Source: an uncultured Methanosarcinales archaeon (GTDB lineage Archaea; Nanobdellota; Nanobdellia; Woesearchaeales; CAZOXR01). Taken from it: DNA of 61,770 nucleotides. Numbering within the stretch: position 1 is the first letter of the stretch; every line of letters begins with the position of its first letter. Shown one piece after another: positions 49,545-59,791 of this stretch. The stretch lies in contig CAZMIO010000006.1 in NCBI GenBank assembly GCA_964566535.1, positions 1 through 61,770 of the forward strand. Direction: 5' to 3'. Both the position numbers and the translations under genes were made by a program. The notes beneath the pieces were generated by a model, which saw only the letters and a list, made by a program, of their open reading frames with translations, was not told where the DNA came from and ran no database searches.

Positions 49545-52500
49545 CCTCTATTAATCGATTTGAATTTTGAGATTCCTTCATTGACTAATTGTTGAGGGTA
49601 GCCTTTTTTTGTTGTTAATGTTGTTCTTATTTCTTCTATTTGCATACCTTTTCTTGAGAGTTTTCTTATCTTGGATAGTATGGTTCCTAAGTGAAGCTGA
49701 ATCCTATTGTGTTCTTCCCCTTCAACTGAGATGAATGCAGAACTGATTGCAGGATTTGGCCATCCTTGTTCTGCCATGTATTTTCTGATTGCATCTTTTT
49801 TCATTCCTCTGTTTTGAAAGTTTTTTATCAGTTGTATTGCTTGGTATAATGATCTAGGGATTTTTTCTGTTTCTTCACCTGCGAATTTGTTGTAATAGAT
49901 TAAGATTCCTCCAATTAATGGAATCATTAAGATGGGGAATAGGAAGCTGAAAAATGAAGGGGGTTCTTTTTTTGACTCTTTGATTATTGAATCTTCTGCT
50001 ACTGCTTGGGTTGAGATCTTGTTTGCAACTGAAACTGTTACTGCTTCTTCTATTGTTTCTACATTAACTTTTTTCTTTACTTCGTATGAGATATCTATTG
50101 GTTTGTCTACTTTTACGAAGTGCCACATTATTAATGGGTCGGCATCAATTACTACATAGTTTTCATTGAAGATTGTTATCTGGCTTATGTCTTTTGCTAT
50201 TTCTTTAGGAATTTCTTCGTATATTGTGAAGTCTTCTAAAGTTTTAGAAGGAGTAATTGTTAGTGTAATTATTGTGTTTTCTTTGTTTTCTTCTTCATAG
50301 TAGTTTGCTACTTTTTCTATCTTAACTACTTCTGCTGTTTTGTCAACATTATCTTTTGCTGTTTCTACTTTTTCATCAATTTGTTCTGATTCTTCTTCTA
50401 TTTCTTGCTCCAATTTTTCAATTTCTAAGTTTAGTTCTTCTGTTGTTAACTCTTTTTCCTTTTCTTTTATGTTATTGATGATTGCTTCAGTTTTTTCTTT
50501 TTGTAGAATTCTTTCGAATATGTTAGCTAATGTGTCTTTTGCTTTTTCTTTTGATACTTTTAGTTTGACTCCTGGGGCGTCTTTTATCTTTTTGATTATT
50601 TCTTTTTTGTCTTCTAATGTTGGAGTTGATGTTGTTAGTTTATTTGAAATAACATCTTTTACATGTTCAATTACTTTTTTTCTGATTTCTTGTTTGATTA
50701 CTTTGTTTTTAATTTCTTTAACTTCTTTCTCTTTTTCTTTTAGTAATTCTTTTGCTTCTTTTATTTCTTGTTTTATATTTTCTTCAATTGTTTTAATTTG
50801 AGTGATTTGGTCTTTAAGGGAGTCCTTTTCTTGTTCACTTGCATCTTTTAATTCATTTTCAAGTTCTTTTCTTAACTCTTTTTTTTCTTTTAGTTCTTTC
50901 TTTGCTTTTTTGATGAACAATCTGATGCTTTCTTCTTCAGCTTTTTTTGAATCTTTTTCTGCATTGAATTCTAGTGATCTGAAATGTTCAATTTCTCTTT
51001 GGATTGTGATTCTTTGATCTTTTGGAGTATCTTCTAATGTTTGTTCTAGTTGGTCTGCTGCATTTTGGTTGTTTTCAACTGTTTGTTGGGTCTGTTGGAT
51101 TGTAGTGTCTATGTCTTCTTGTTGGGCTGTAATGTCTTCTATCGTTTGAGTTTCACACTCATCTCCAACATAGTTTTGGTCAATATCTTCTTGGTTAGGG
51201 TTTGAGGTAGTTGGGCAGTTATCTACTTCTCCACAGATATTGTCTCCATCTACGTCATTGTTTGAGTCGTTTGGGCAGAAATCACATGCATCTCCATATC
51301 CATCGTCATCAGAGTCTTCTTGATTAGGGTTTGATTCATGAGGGCAGTTGTCTCTATTGTTATTGATCCTGTCTTCATCTATATCATTATTGGTTGAATC
51401 ACATACATTGCCTATTCCGTCACCATCAACGTCTTGTTGGTTTTTGTTGTTCTTGTCTGGGCAGTTATCTATGTCTCCACAGATTTCATCTTCATCAACG
51501 TCATTGTTTGAGTCATTTGGGCAAACATCACATACATCCCCTATTGAATCTTGGTCTAGGTCGTCTTGATTTGAGTTCTCTATTGTTGGACAATTGTCAG
51601 TATCGTCTGAGATTCCATCATCGTCAGCGTCATTGTCTTTTGTTTGCTGACAATCTGAGCTTTCTTGTATAGTTGGAGTACAGTCATATTCTATGCATAT
51701 TCCTGCGTCATTACAGGCATCATGTCCTTCTTCTGGATAGCTGTAGAATTTTGTTCCAACACAAGTATTATCTGGACATTCACGTTCATTACCACATTCT
51801 GTGTTTGATGGTTGGTTTGTGTAGGTGATTAGTCCACCTTCACACGAACTTTCTGAGCACTGATGAGTTTCTACTGTTAGTTGAGAACAAGAGCAGCCTA
51901 GTTCATTTGCTGTTTCATCAGTTGGAGTGTTGGGACACGAATCATCAGGATTATTAATTCCGTCACTATCTATGTCTGTTCCGATTCCTATAGGGGAGAT
52001 AATAGTTGGTTCTTTACACCTATCTTGGGTTGTGTGACATCCATCATCGCATGTTTCTTGGTCGTATTCACATACTCCTTCTTCACATTTACCCATCCCA
52101 TATAGAATATTATCATCACAATACTTGGGACAAATTATATCTGCGCATGGATCATCAGATTCGTAAGGTATTATTTCCATGTTAAGGTTTACTTTTCTTT
52201 CTACGTCTCCTACTTTTAGGTCTAATTCTACTTCATAATCTCCTTCTTTGGAATATGAATGAGTTATTTCTTGATTGCAGGGTCTGTTTACTTTAGCATC
52301 ATCATCAAAATCCCACTTACAATGGATGATTGGACGTGAGAAAAAATCTCTTACTCTGAAAGTTATTTGTTCATCAATGTGGAATGTTGTGATGTCTGGG
52401 CTGGCTATTACATCTTCAATGTTGAATCTTTCTATTAATGTATCCCTTCCTGTGGCATCGACATTTCTTCCTCTGGATGGTACTGCGAAACTTAAGCTTA

Positions 52501-52555
52501 TCAATATAATAGTAAATAATGTAGCAATGACTAAGAATTTTTTGCTAAACCTCAT
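49538..52555 (-). CDS. Surface protein, 1005 aa: PKD domain, Cys-rich region, thrombospondin type 3 repeats, coiled coil, TM, two cytoplasmic helical domains
   Basis: WDFDD...HSYSKEGDYEV; repeated DNCP...N..Q.D.D.DG.GD.CD; EK-rich coiled coil. Confidence 0.92.
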   Translation of the reverse strand: MRFSKKFLVIATLFTIILISLSFAVPSRGRNVDATGRDTLIERFNIEDVIASPDITTFHIDEQITFRVRDFFSRPIIHCKWDFDDDAKVNRPCNQEITHSYSKEGDYEVELDLKVGDVERKVNLNMEIIPYESDDPCADIICPKYCDDNILYGMGKCEEGVCEYDQETCDDGCHTTQDRCKEPTIISPIGIGTDIDSDGINNPDDSCPNTPTDETANELGCSCSQLTVETHQCSESSCEGGLITYTNQPSNTECGNERECPDNTCVGTKFYSYPEEGHDACNDAGICIEYDCTPTIQESSDCQQTKDNDADDDGISDDTDNCPTIENSNQDDLDQDSIGDVCDVCPNDSNNDVDEDEICGDIDNCPDKNNKNQQDVDGDGIGNVCDSTNNDIDEDRINNNRDNCPHESNPNQEDSDDDGYGDACDFCPNDSNNDVDGDNICGEVDNCPTTSNPNQEDIDQNYVGDECETQTIEDITAQQEDIDTTIQQTQQTVENNQNAADQLEQTLEDTPKDQRITIQREIEHFRSLEFNAEKDSKKAEEESIRLFIKKAKKELKEKKELRKELENELKDASEQEKDSLKDQITQIKTIEENIKQEIKEAKELLKEKEKEVKEIKNKVIKQEIRKKVIEHVKDVISNKLTTSTPTLEDKKEIIKKIKDAPGVKLKVSKEKAKDTLANIFERILQKEKTEAIINNIKEKEKELTTEELNLEIEKLEQEIEEESEQIDEKVETAKDNVDKTAEVVKIEKVANYYEEENKENTIITLTITPSKTLEDFTIYEEIPKEIAKDISQITIFNENYVVIDADPLIMWHFVKVDKPIDISYEVKKKVNVETIEEAVTVSVANKISTQAVAEDSIIKESKKEPPSFFSFLFPILMIPLIGGILIYYNKFAGEETEKIPRSLYQAIQLIKNFQNRGMKKDAIRKYMAEQGWPNPAISSAFISVEGEEHNRIQLHLGTILSKIRKLSRKGMQIEEIRTTLTTKKGYPQQLVNEGISKFKSINRGL

Positions 52556-52650
52556 TTTTAATTGAGATGGGGTTTTTAAGTTTATATATCTTTGTTATTA
52601 TTGTCCAGGTATAACTAAGATTTAAATATTAATTAAGTTAAAGGAGTGTT

Positions 52651-52905
52651 ATGGTATCTAATTTTAGAAGACATGAGATTGTTGGAATGATACAGATATT
52701 CCTGGCTGCTACTTTTTTTGGTATTGGTTTGTATATTACTTTTTGGACTGCTTTGCGGCCATTGTACTATGGAAGTCTTGATTATATGATTAGTGGCAAG
52801 GAGATATTATTGTTTCCGTTGTTCTATGGGGTTTCGGCTCTGCTCTGGATTTTAGGTAAGATTGAATTAAAAGAGGCGCTTCCAGGCAGAGGGAAGAAAT
52901 GGTAG
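52651..52905 (+). CDS. Small two-TM membrane protein
   Basis: Two hydrophobic segments; TATA and GGAG upstream. Confidence 0.8.
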   Translation: MVSNFRRHEIVGMIQIFLAATFFGIGLYITFWTALRPLYYGSLDYMISGKEILLFPLFYGVSALLWILGKIELKEALPGRGKKW

Positions 52906-53042
52906 CTAAGAAGTCTAACCAGAAAATACTAACTGAGCTTAAGAGGATAGAGGCAGTCGAGTATGGTTTGAAAGAATTTATCCATGGAGTATTGATTGGA
53001 CTTATAATTGGTTTTTTTCTAGCGATGATTTTTTTGAAGTGA
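52899..53042 (+). CDS. Small single-TM protein, 47 aa, absent from the ORF track
   Basis: MVAKKSNQKILTELKRIEAVEYGLKEFIHGVLIGLIIGFFLAMIFLK; overlaps the upstream stop. Confidence 0.7.
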   Translation: MVAKKSNQKILTELKRIEAVEYGLKEFIHGVLIGLIIGFFLAMIFLK

Positions 53043-53111
53043 GTTGGTGTTGGTGCTATGAGGGTATTGTTATTAGAAACTCTTTTATACTAATTTATTA
53101 AATTGTCAGTT

Positions 53112-54593
53112 ATGGCTAAGATTCAGCATATAATTGAGAATGCAATTCTTCTAACTGTTATATTGATGGGGATATTTGAGTTTTTTGATGTGTTGCCTGG
53201 TTCTTTGGGATATATTAAGAAAGTGATATCATGGATTGTTCTTGGCTATTTGTTGTATAAAGTTAGTTTGACTACTGTTTTCTTTAATGACAAACGGACT
53301 CACATTGACTTGATGATTATTATTGCTTATTTTCTGATGTCATTTAAGAATGTTGTTGCCTATATGTTGTCAGCTGTTGGAGGGGTTGAAGCATTTAAGG
53401 GTTTATTCTTGTTTATTGTGGATAATGCTTTTTGGCTTGAGCAGTGGACTTTACACATTGGGTGGGGAATTTTACTCTTACTTTCTATCTATATGGCTTA
53501 CAGGTTGAGTATTGGAAGGCCCAGTTTAATGGATGTTTTTCACGAAACTGGATTACCTACTGATTTTAAAGATCTTGTTTTTAGGCTCGTAACAATATTT
53601 GTTGTTCTTATCAGTTTCTTTGTTGTTGTGTTTAATTTGATGTTTGAGTGGTTGATATTTGCGGTTGAATCCCCATTACTTATAATTGGTATACTGGCTT
53701 ATTTGTTCGTTGTTTTAAGGCACCATGAGAAATTTGATACTGACCATATCGTGAATAAAATTGGTTCTTTTGGGGATAAATTTTACGAGGAGTTTATTGG
53801 TTTATTTCATTATAAGGAGAGGATTTGGTTGGGTATAATTGGGATGTTGGTTTTTCACATGTTGACTGATGTTGGGAGCTTTATCGTCCCTTATGTCACT
53901 GGATTTAGTGAGACTGTTTATATTTCTCAGTTAGGTGTTGGACATGAACCCTTGATTAAATTATTGTTTTCTGATTTGGCTATGGTTTCTGGAGTTGAAG
54001 GAGTAGGAGTTGTGTTGGTTTATTTGTTTAACTTGACTGCTATGTTGTTTTTTCTTCTTATGCCTTCTTTTATTTGGTATAGGTTGTTTAAAGGAAGTGA
54101 GATTCATGTTAGCTCTATTTCGTTGAGTATAATTGTTACTTCTATCTTTGGGTTTTTGGTAATGCCTAGTTTTAGTATAAAGAATATATCTAATGGGAGT
54201 ATTGTTGGAGTAGATATATTGACTAAGAGTATAATGTCTGGTGGTTTTTTGAATTTAGGAGTTTTATGGGTTGCTTTGTTTGGATTAGTGTTGGGAGGGG
54301 TGCTGTTCTTTTTGGATTTAGATAAGGTTAAAAGAAAGAAAGTTTTTATGGCGGCTGTATTTGGGGGGATGGGGTTCTTTTTCTTTTACATCTATAATTT
54401 CTTATCGAGCATAATCGGTTATTATATTTCAGTAATTTCCTTGTTGTTTAGTTCTGGTAGTTTTATGTTGTTGTCTTATTTTGTTTTGTTCTTGATTATT
54501 AATTTGGTCTTTTATATATTTGGTAGTGTGCTGTTTGTATATGAAGTGATTAAGAACCATGTTTTTTATAGAAGTTATCAGGAGATGAATTAA
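53112..54593 (+). CDS. Polytopic membrane protein (~12 TM)
   Basis: Many hydrophobic segments; ATG 53112 lies ~23 nt after a TATA box. Confidence 0.85.
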   Translation: MAKIQHIIENAILLTVILMGIFEFFDVLPGSLGYIKKVISWIVLGYLLYKVSLTTVFFNDKRTHIDLMIIIAYFLMSFKNVVAYMLSAVGGVEAFKGLFLFIVDNAFWLEQWTLHIGWGILLLLSIYMAYRLSIGRPSLMDVFHETGLPTDFKDLVFRLVTIFVVLISFFVVVFNLMFEWLIFAVESPLLIIGILAYLFVVLRHHEKFDTDHIVNKIGSFGDKFYEEFIGLFHYKERIWLGIIGMLVFHMLTDVGSFIVPYVTGFSETVYISQLGVGHEPLIKLLFSDLAMVSGVEGVGVVLVYLFNLTAMLFFLLMPSFIWYRLFKGSEIHVSSISLSIIVTSIFGFLVMPSFSIKNISNGSIVGVDILTKSIMSGGFLNLGVLWVALFGLVLGGVLFFLDLDKVKRKKVFMAAVFGGMGFFFFYIYNFLSSIIGYYISVISLLFSSGSFMLLSYFVLFLIINLVFYIFGSVLFVYEVIKNHVFYRSYQEMN

Positions 54594-55021
54594 CCCTTGC
54601 TGTATTTTTTTATTTTCTTAATTGTTTCTCTTGTTGCTGTTCCGCTGTCTGATTCTTCATGTGTTGGTGTGTAGGTAGTGCTGTCATCAGCTTTTACTAT
54701 TGGCCCTTCTGGTTTTACGTCCTGAGATTTATAATCTGAGTCGGAAGGGTTGTATTTAACATCAGTTTCTTGTTCAGGTGTAGATTTTTCTACTGAGCCT
54801 TCTAAGTTAGATTCTTTTTCAAAAAGTTTGCTGATGTCAACTGGTTCGATAGGAGGAGCTTCAATCTCTACTGGTGGTTCTTTTAGTTCTTTTTCTACCT
54901 TTTTTATTAGTTCTTCTGTTTCTTGAAGTTCTTCTTTGTCCTCCTCTTCAATTTCTTTGAGCTTTTTTAATCTTTGAGCTGGAGGAAGCTTGTTTAGCTC
55001 ACTTTTGTTTAGGCGCGCCAT
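54590..55021 (-). CDS. Hypothetical charged/coiled-coil protein, 143 aa
   Basis: GGAG SD; EK-rich N-terminal half. Confidence 0.75.
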   Translation of the reverse strand: MARLNKSELNKLPPAQRLKKLKEIEEEDKEELQETEELIKKVEKELKEPPVEIEAPPIEPVDISKLFEKESNLEGSVEKSTPEQETDVKYNPSDSDYKSQDVKPEGPIVKADDSTTYTPTHEESDSGTATRETIKKIKKYSKG

Positions 55022-55168
55022 TTTGACTCCTGATTAAGCTATAAACAGTGCTCTAGACTTTATATTTTGTGGTTTTGTTGGATATAATTAGTAATTATTG
55101 ATAGTTTCTTTCTCTGTCACGATTGGGCGAATTGGACTAGTATTAAGAAAAGAACAATAATTAAATAT

Positions 55169-55609
55169 ATGTTTAGCATTATAGCCCGTATGGATACAAT
55201 AGGACTAAAAATAAATAAGAGAACGGGTAAAGTCGATATATATGTTAATGATGAGAACTTACTCAAAATTGTAAAAAAGATTGAATCTAAACATTTAAAA
55301 TGGTGGCAGTCTAAAGACCTTCGTGCTGGTGCGTATGTAGGACTTCCTCCGGAAGCAGTTTTTTATCCATCAACACGTTTTTTAATTGAACCAAATAAAG
55401 ATATTGATGACTGGGAGGATAAAATTGTAATTTACCAATGTCATTGCGGTCATGAAGGATGTTGGCCATTATTGGTAAAAATACAAATTAAATTAAAGGA
55501 AGTAACTTGGAGTGATTTTGAACAACCTCATAGAGGGGAATGGAAATACGATTTAAAATTTACTTTTGATAAAAAACAATATGAAGCAGAGATTAAGAAA
55601 AAAATTTAA
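55169..55609 (+). CDS. Hypothetical protein with CxCGxxGC motif (start may be ATG 55190)
   Basis: YQCHCGHEGCWPL...VTWSDFEQPHR..W.Y...FTFDKKQYE. Confidence 0.7.
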   Translation: MFSIIARMDTIGLKINKRTGKVDIYVNDENLLKIVKKIESKHLKWWQSKDLRAGAYVGLPPEAVFYPSTRFLIEPNKDIDDWEDKIVIYQCHCGHEGCWPLLVKIQIKLKEVTWSDFEQPHRGEWKYDLKFTFDKKQYEAEIKKKI

Positions 55610-55690
55610 GGAATTTCTTTTTTCTAAAATCTAAAACTAATCTATGCCATACTCAAACGTTATGTTTGCAGTTGATAAATCCTAACCATT

Positions 55691-57874
55691 TCACTCCATC
55701 GGAACGGCTGACCAGAGTGTCCAGTCATTAGAAGGGGCATAGCCGCCGAACATGTAATTAGGTGGTTGGTTTTGACCGAAATAAGAGTGTTGTACATCTG
55801 CCCATGTTTGAGGGGCGCCTATTTGCATTCCAGCTCCATAAACTGGACTTCCGAAATGTTTCCAGGTTTTCATCAATCCATGGAAGTCGGAGACATCAGT
55901 TGATGCGTCTGCGCCAGGTTCTACTGTGATTGCTTTGTCGTAACCATGTTTTTTTAGCATAGCTACTACTTCTTTTATAGGAACATTTCCTTGTCCCGGA
56001 GCTAGATGGTCATCCTGATAGCCGAAATTGTCTGTTAGGTGAACGTTTCCAACCATCTTCTCTTTGGCTAAACCTTCAACTTGTTTTAGATACCATGCTT
56101 TGAAGTCACTATCACTTTCTTCGGCTGTTTGTCCTTGTTTGGGCTGCCAGAATTTTTTCCATATATTTGCATGTCCGGTGTCTAATGTTGCTTTGATGTG
56201 TTTTTCTGCTAATTTTTCAGCTTGCTCTTTTGAGATACCTTCTTTGTAGAATGGATTTGTCGTTGCGGTTAATCCCATTCTTCCTAATTCATCTACTCTC
56301 TCAGTTGCTTCTTCTCCTGGTGCTACTCCGGTTACTTTGTATTTTGGTTCAGTTACTAATGTTACAAATGATTCTCTGGCTTTTTTAATCAGCCATTTTA
56401 ATTCTTCTGGATGTCCTCCGAATTTTTCTGGAAATATGTTTTCCATAGTGACTACTACTGGATTATTAGGGTCTTTTGACTTGTCCATAGCATGTATTGC
56501 TGCTTCGCTATAGCCTCTTATTGATTGGCTTTCAATATATTTTATTGGTTCTACGATATGAGATTTTGTTTCAGCAGTGTCTAGTGCCTGCTGTTCTTGT
56601 GAAGATGAGGCTTGACGGGCGAACTCTATTTCTTTTTGTTGTTCATTGATCATCCTGTCTATGACTATTAAGGGATTTGCAGTTTCTGCAGGAACGAATT
56701 GTTCAGAAACGTATCTTCCAAATCTGTGGTCACTTACCATCATCTTCCATTTTTCATCTTGGGGAAGGTTTTGATCTAATTCTTCGTAGAATTTCTTTGC
56801 ATCCCTTAGTTTTTTTAGGACTTCGATGTGTTCACCAGCACTTCTTCCATACTGCAATGCCCAACCCCTTGAATGTCCTTCGTTTGTTTCTAATGTTGCA
56901 TGAAGGAATGCTTCGGCTGGAGTTACTTTTTTGTAATAATCAGGGTCTTCACCATATTTTTCTTTGTACAATTGATTTTTCTCTTCGGCAACATTTACGA
57001 AGTCGTCATAGCTTAGATATTTTGTTTTGAACCTTCCTGTTTCTTCGTCATATTCTGGAACACGTCCATGTGTAGGGTCTAGTGGGTCAATAATCTTATT
57101 GCCTTCGTAATCAACATAATCTCCTTTTCTAATCCTAACAGTTGTTCCACATCTTGGGTCAGATCCTCCTTTCTGAAAGGTTCCATCTTTGTCTTCTTCT
57201 GCAATTTTCCATACTGGTTGGGCAACTAATCTGTCTTTTTGAACTGTCTGATGGCATTGACCTGTTCTATCGTCAACGAGTTGGAATTGTGCATCAGCAG
57301 CTTCTGTAATACGTTTTTTGAATAAGAGCCTTCCATCTTCTCCTCTTGACAGATTCTCTCCCATCTGGTCCATATCAGTTAATGGACGTTCAAATTCTCC
57401 AGTGTGAACAACTACAGAGCCTCCACCGGATACATCAGCTGCAAAATCAATTGCTCTTTCTAGTTCATGTTGTGAAACTCTTGCTCTTGTTAATGCGAAA
57501 TTTCCTTGTTGGTCTTGACCAGTCATACCCATCATATTATATGCAGAGTGTGTTGTAAATTCTACTTCGTTGATTGCTGCTAATTCCCTTAATGCTTGTC
57601 TTTGGTCTTTACCATACATGCCAGGAGTTTGTGCTTGTCTTTGGCCTGATACTGCTCCTGGAAATCCTAGTTCAATCTTTCCTGCTCCCATCCTTATCTT
57701 TGAATAGACTCCTGCTACGTTTTGGGCTGAAATACCTAGGGGAACGCTCATCCCTATGTCTTTGATTCCTAGTTGGCCTTCTCCTGGAGCTTCCTCTCCG
57801 TAACTATCAGGGTCCATTGTACTTCGGTAATCCGCCATTGCGTGATGACCTGTGTAGTCGTTTGAGAATTGCAT
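55691..57874 (-). CDS. Xylose-isomerase-like / AP endonuclease 2 TIM-barrel metalloprotein with a large insertion
   Basis: TTHS, VVVHTGE, TMENIFP, TLDTGHAN, VHLTDNFG..DDHLAPGQGN, ITVE. Confidence 0.85.
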   Translation of the reverse strand: MQFSNDYTGHHAMADYRSTMDPDSYGEEAPGEGQLGIKDIGMSVPLGISAQNVAGVYSKIRMGAGKIELGFPGAVSGQRQAQTPGMYGKDQRQALRELAAINEVEFTTHSAYNMMGMTGQDQQGNFALTRARVSQHELERAIDFAADVSGGGSVVVHTGEFERPLTDMDQMGENLSRGEDGRLLFKKRITEAADAQFQLVDDRTGQCHQTVQKDRLVAQPVWKIAEEDKDGTFQKGGSDPRCGTTVRIRKGDYVDYEGNKIIDPLDPTHGRVPEYDEETGRFKTKYLSYDDFVNVAEEKNQLYKEKYGEDPDYYKKVTPAEAFLHATLETNEGHSRGWALQYGRSAGEHIEVLKKLRDAKKFYEELDQNLPQDEKWKMMVSDHRFGRYVSEQFVPAETANPLIVIDRMINEQQKEIEFARQASSSQEQQALDTAETKSHIVEPIKYIESQSIRGYSEAAIHAMDKSKDPNNPVVVTMENIFPEKFGGHPEELKWLIKKARESFVTLVTEPKYKVTGVAPGEEATERVDELGRMGLTATTNPFYKEGISKEQAEKLAEKHIKATLDTGHANIWKKFWQPKQGQTAEESDSDFKAWYLKQVEGLAKEKMVGNVHLTDNFGYQDDHLAPGQGNVPIKEVVAMLKKHGYDKAITVEPGADASTDVSDFHGLMKTWKHFGSPVYGAGMQIGAPQTWADVQHSYFGQNQPPNYMFGGYAPSNDWTLWSAVPME

Positions 57875-57888
57875 TTTTTATTACCTTT

Positions 57889-59313
57889 TTACCAGTTCAA
57901 CATATTATGATGTTTTTTGAAGTGATGATAAATACTCCACATACTTTTCTTTACATCTGTCTTTGCTTTGCTTCTTGCTTCATCTAAAAGGAATACATCC
58001 TGTCTTGTTCTTAGATCTGGTTTTACTTCTGCTTTCTTTGGTCTTTTGTTTAGGAATGTTCTGAATATGGATGTTGCTTTATTTACTGGATTTGGTTTAG
58101 TAGGTTCTTTTTTTGGTTCTAATTCTTCACCAGCTTCTGAAAGGTATCTCATTAACTCATCACCTAGTGCTTCCATTGCAGCTTTTACAGATGAGTCTAC
58201 AAGGCCAAGTAGTTTTAAGTCTTCTAGTTCTCTCATCTTCTTGTAATTGGTGATTTCTTTTTCACCCCAAACATAAGCTCTATATGTAGTGATTACTCTT
58301 CCTATGTGCAGTGGTCCTCTTTGATAACCTTCTTGTTGGTAAGACATCTCTGGACGAGTACGGAAAAGGAAATGCATCAAGATAATCTGGTATACTTTTT
58401 CTGAGGAGCCCGATTTTAATTTTATATCTTTTCCAACTTTCTTTGCCATTATTTCAATCTCAATCATAGATGTTTCGAAAGCAGTAAGTAAATCTGGGCT
58501 TTTCATCTTACTTTGGTCCATTTGTAGTCTTTGGATGTTTTTAAGATAAGGTTTTACCCAAACCATGTACATCTTTATGATTTCATAATGTTGTCTTAAG
58601 TATTTTAGAGTGAAGACTCTTCTGTTTTTGACCTCTTCATAAGTATGTTCTTTCCAGGCTAGGAAAGTTCTTAGTTTTCTTTTAAGGACTTCTCTAACTT
58701 TTCTGTTGAACTGAGCTCTGTCTCGCTCAACAACTTCATCTACATCTTGCTGAGTTCTTGGATGTGTTGAGAAGAAAAGGTCTGGTAAAGTAGTGAATTG
58801 AACTTCACGGGACATTCCGTAAACTGAGGCAGGATTTTTTGCTCCTTGTTCAACCATATCAACCCATATACCTTTTAATGTTATCTCAGCAGATTCTGAA
58901 CTTCTGCTGTCTGTATATGAGTCTGCGTAGTAGCCTATCCTTTCGTCGAGAACTCTTAATTCTCTAACTAATTGGAACAGTTCTTTTACCATCTTTCCAA
59001 TTGTTGCTAGAAATTGTGAGACTTTGTCTTGTTGGAGACCTATTCTTTGTTGGGATGCTCCGAAGAATGCTGAGTTTTCAGAAGCTGCAAATATGTCGGT
59101 TATCTTTTCGATATCTCCAAAGCCATGGAAGTATCTGAAGTAGTCAAGATGCCAAAAGTAGGGCTCTTCAATTGAGATGTTGAAGCCTTCTACAATCATC
59201 TTGTAGCTTCCGAGAGGTTTAGGATAGTCAGTTTTGAAGAATACTTTTCTAGATTCTTCTACCTCTTCCCTATCCTCAAATCCATATTTTTTGAAGTCTT
59301 CTTCGGTTAACAT
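57889..59313 (-). CDS. Hypothetical protein, 474 aa, helical/coiled-coil, co-oriented with the TIM-barrel gene
   Basis: Long ORF ending 14 nt before the next start; no motif recognised. Confidence 0.85.
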   Translation of the reverse strand: MLTEEDFKKYGFEDREEVEESRKVFFKTDYPKPLGSYKMIVEGFNISIEEPYFWHLDYFRYFHGFGDIEKITDIFAASENSAFFGASQQRIGLQQDKVSQFLATIGKMVKELFQLVRELRVLDERIGYYADSYTDSRSSESAEITLKGIWVDMVEQGAKNPASVYGMSREVQFTTLPDLFFSTHPRTQQDVDEVVERDRAQFNRKVREVLKRKLRTFLAWKEHTYEEVKNRRVFTLKYLRQHYEIIKMYMVWVKPYLKNIQRLQMDQSKMKSPDLLTAFETSMIEIEIMAKKVGKDIKLKSGSSEKVYQIILMHFLFRTRPEMSYQQEGYQRGPLHIGRVITTYRAYVWGEKEITNYKKMRELEDLKLLGLVDSSVKAAMEALGDELMRYLSEAGEELEPKKEPTKPNPVNKATSIFRTFLNKRPKKAEVKPDLRTRQDVFLLDEARSKAKTDVKKSMWSIYHHFKKHHNMLNW

Positions 59314-59347
59314 TTTCTCTTTTTTTTGTTTTCTTTTTTTGTTTTGT

Positions 59348-59791
59348 TTATAATCTTATCTGTTTCTCTTTAATTACGTTTAATACTAATTTTGTGTTTG
59401 TTTTTTCAACAAAATCGAAGGTTTGGATCTTTTTTAGGAAAGTATCCATAGTTCTTGTTGATTTGAATCTGGCAAAAACTGTTGTATCGTATTCTCCGGT
59501 TGTATCATAGACGGCATAGACAGCTGGATTTTTTGCAATCTTGCTTTCTAGTTCGAAAAGTTTTCCTTTTGCAATCCTGATTTCAATTAAGGCGTTTACT
59601 CCGTATCCTAGTTTTTCGTAGTCAATCTTTGCTTCGTATTGGTTAATGATATCTTCTTTTTCTAAGCGTTTAATTCTGTTCATCACTGTTACAAAACTTA
59701 CTTTTAGCTTTGTAGCAATCTTTCTTAAGGGAGTTTTTGAGTTATCAATTAGTTCATTGATTATTTGTTCGTCGTATTTGTCTATTTGCAT
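59348..59791 (-). CDS. Lrp/AsnC-family transcription regulator
   Basis: IDKYDEQIINEL..NSKTPLRKIATKL.VS..TVMNRIKRLEKEDII, TGEYD. Confidence 0.95.
   Translation of the reverse strand: MQIDKYDEQIINELIDNSKTPLRKIATKLKVSFVTVMNRIKRLEKEDIINQYEAKIDYEKLGYGVNALIEIRIAKGKLFELESKIAKNPAVYAVYDTTGEYDTTVFARFKSTRTMDTFLKKIQTFDFVEKTNTKLVLNVIKEKQIRL

Noticed and set aside
52899..53042. Similarity of the 47-aa TM protein to MtrF/MtrG-like subunits
   Set aside because: Only generic single-TM resemblance and no mtr context
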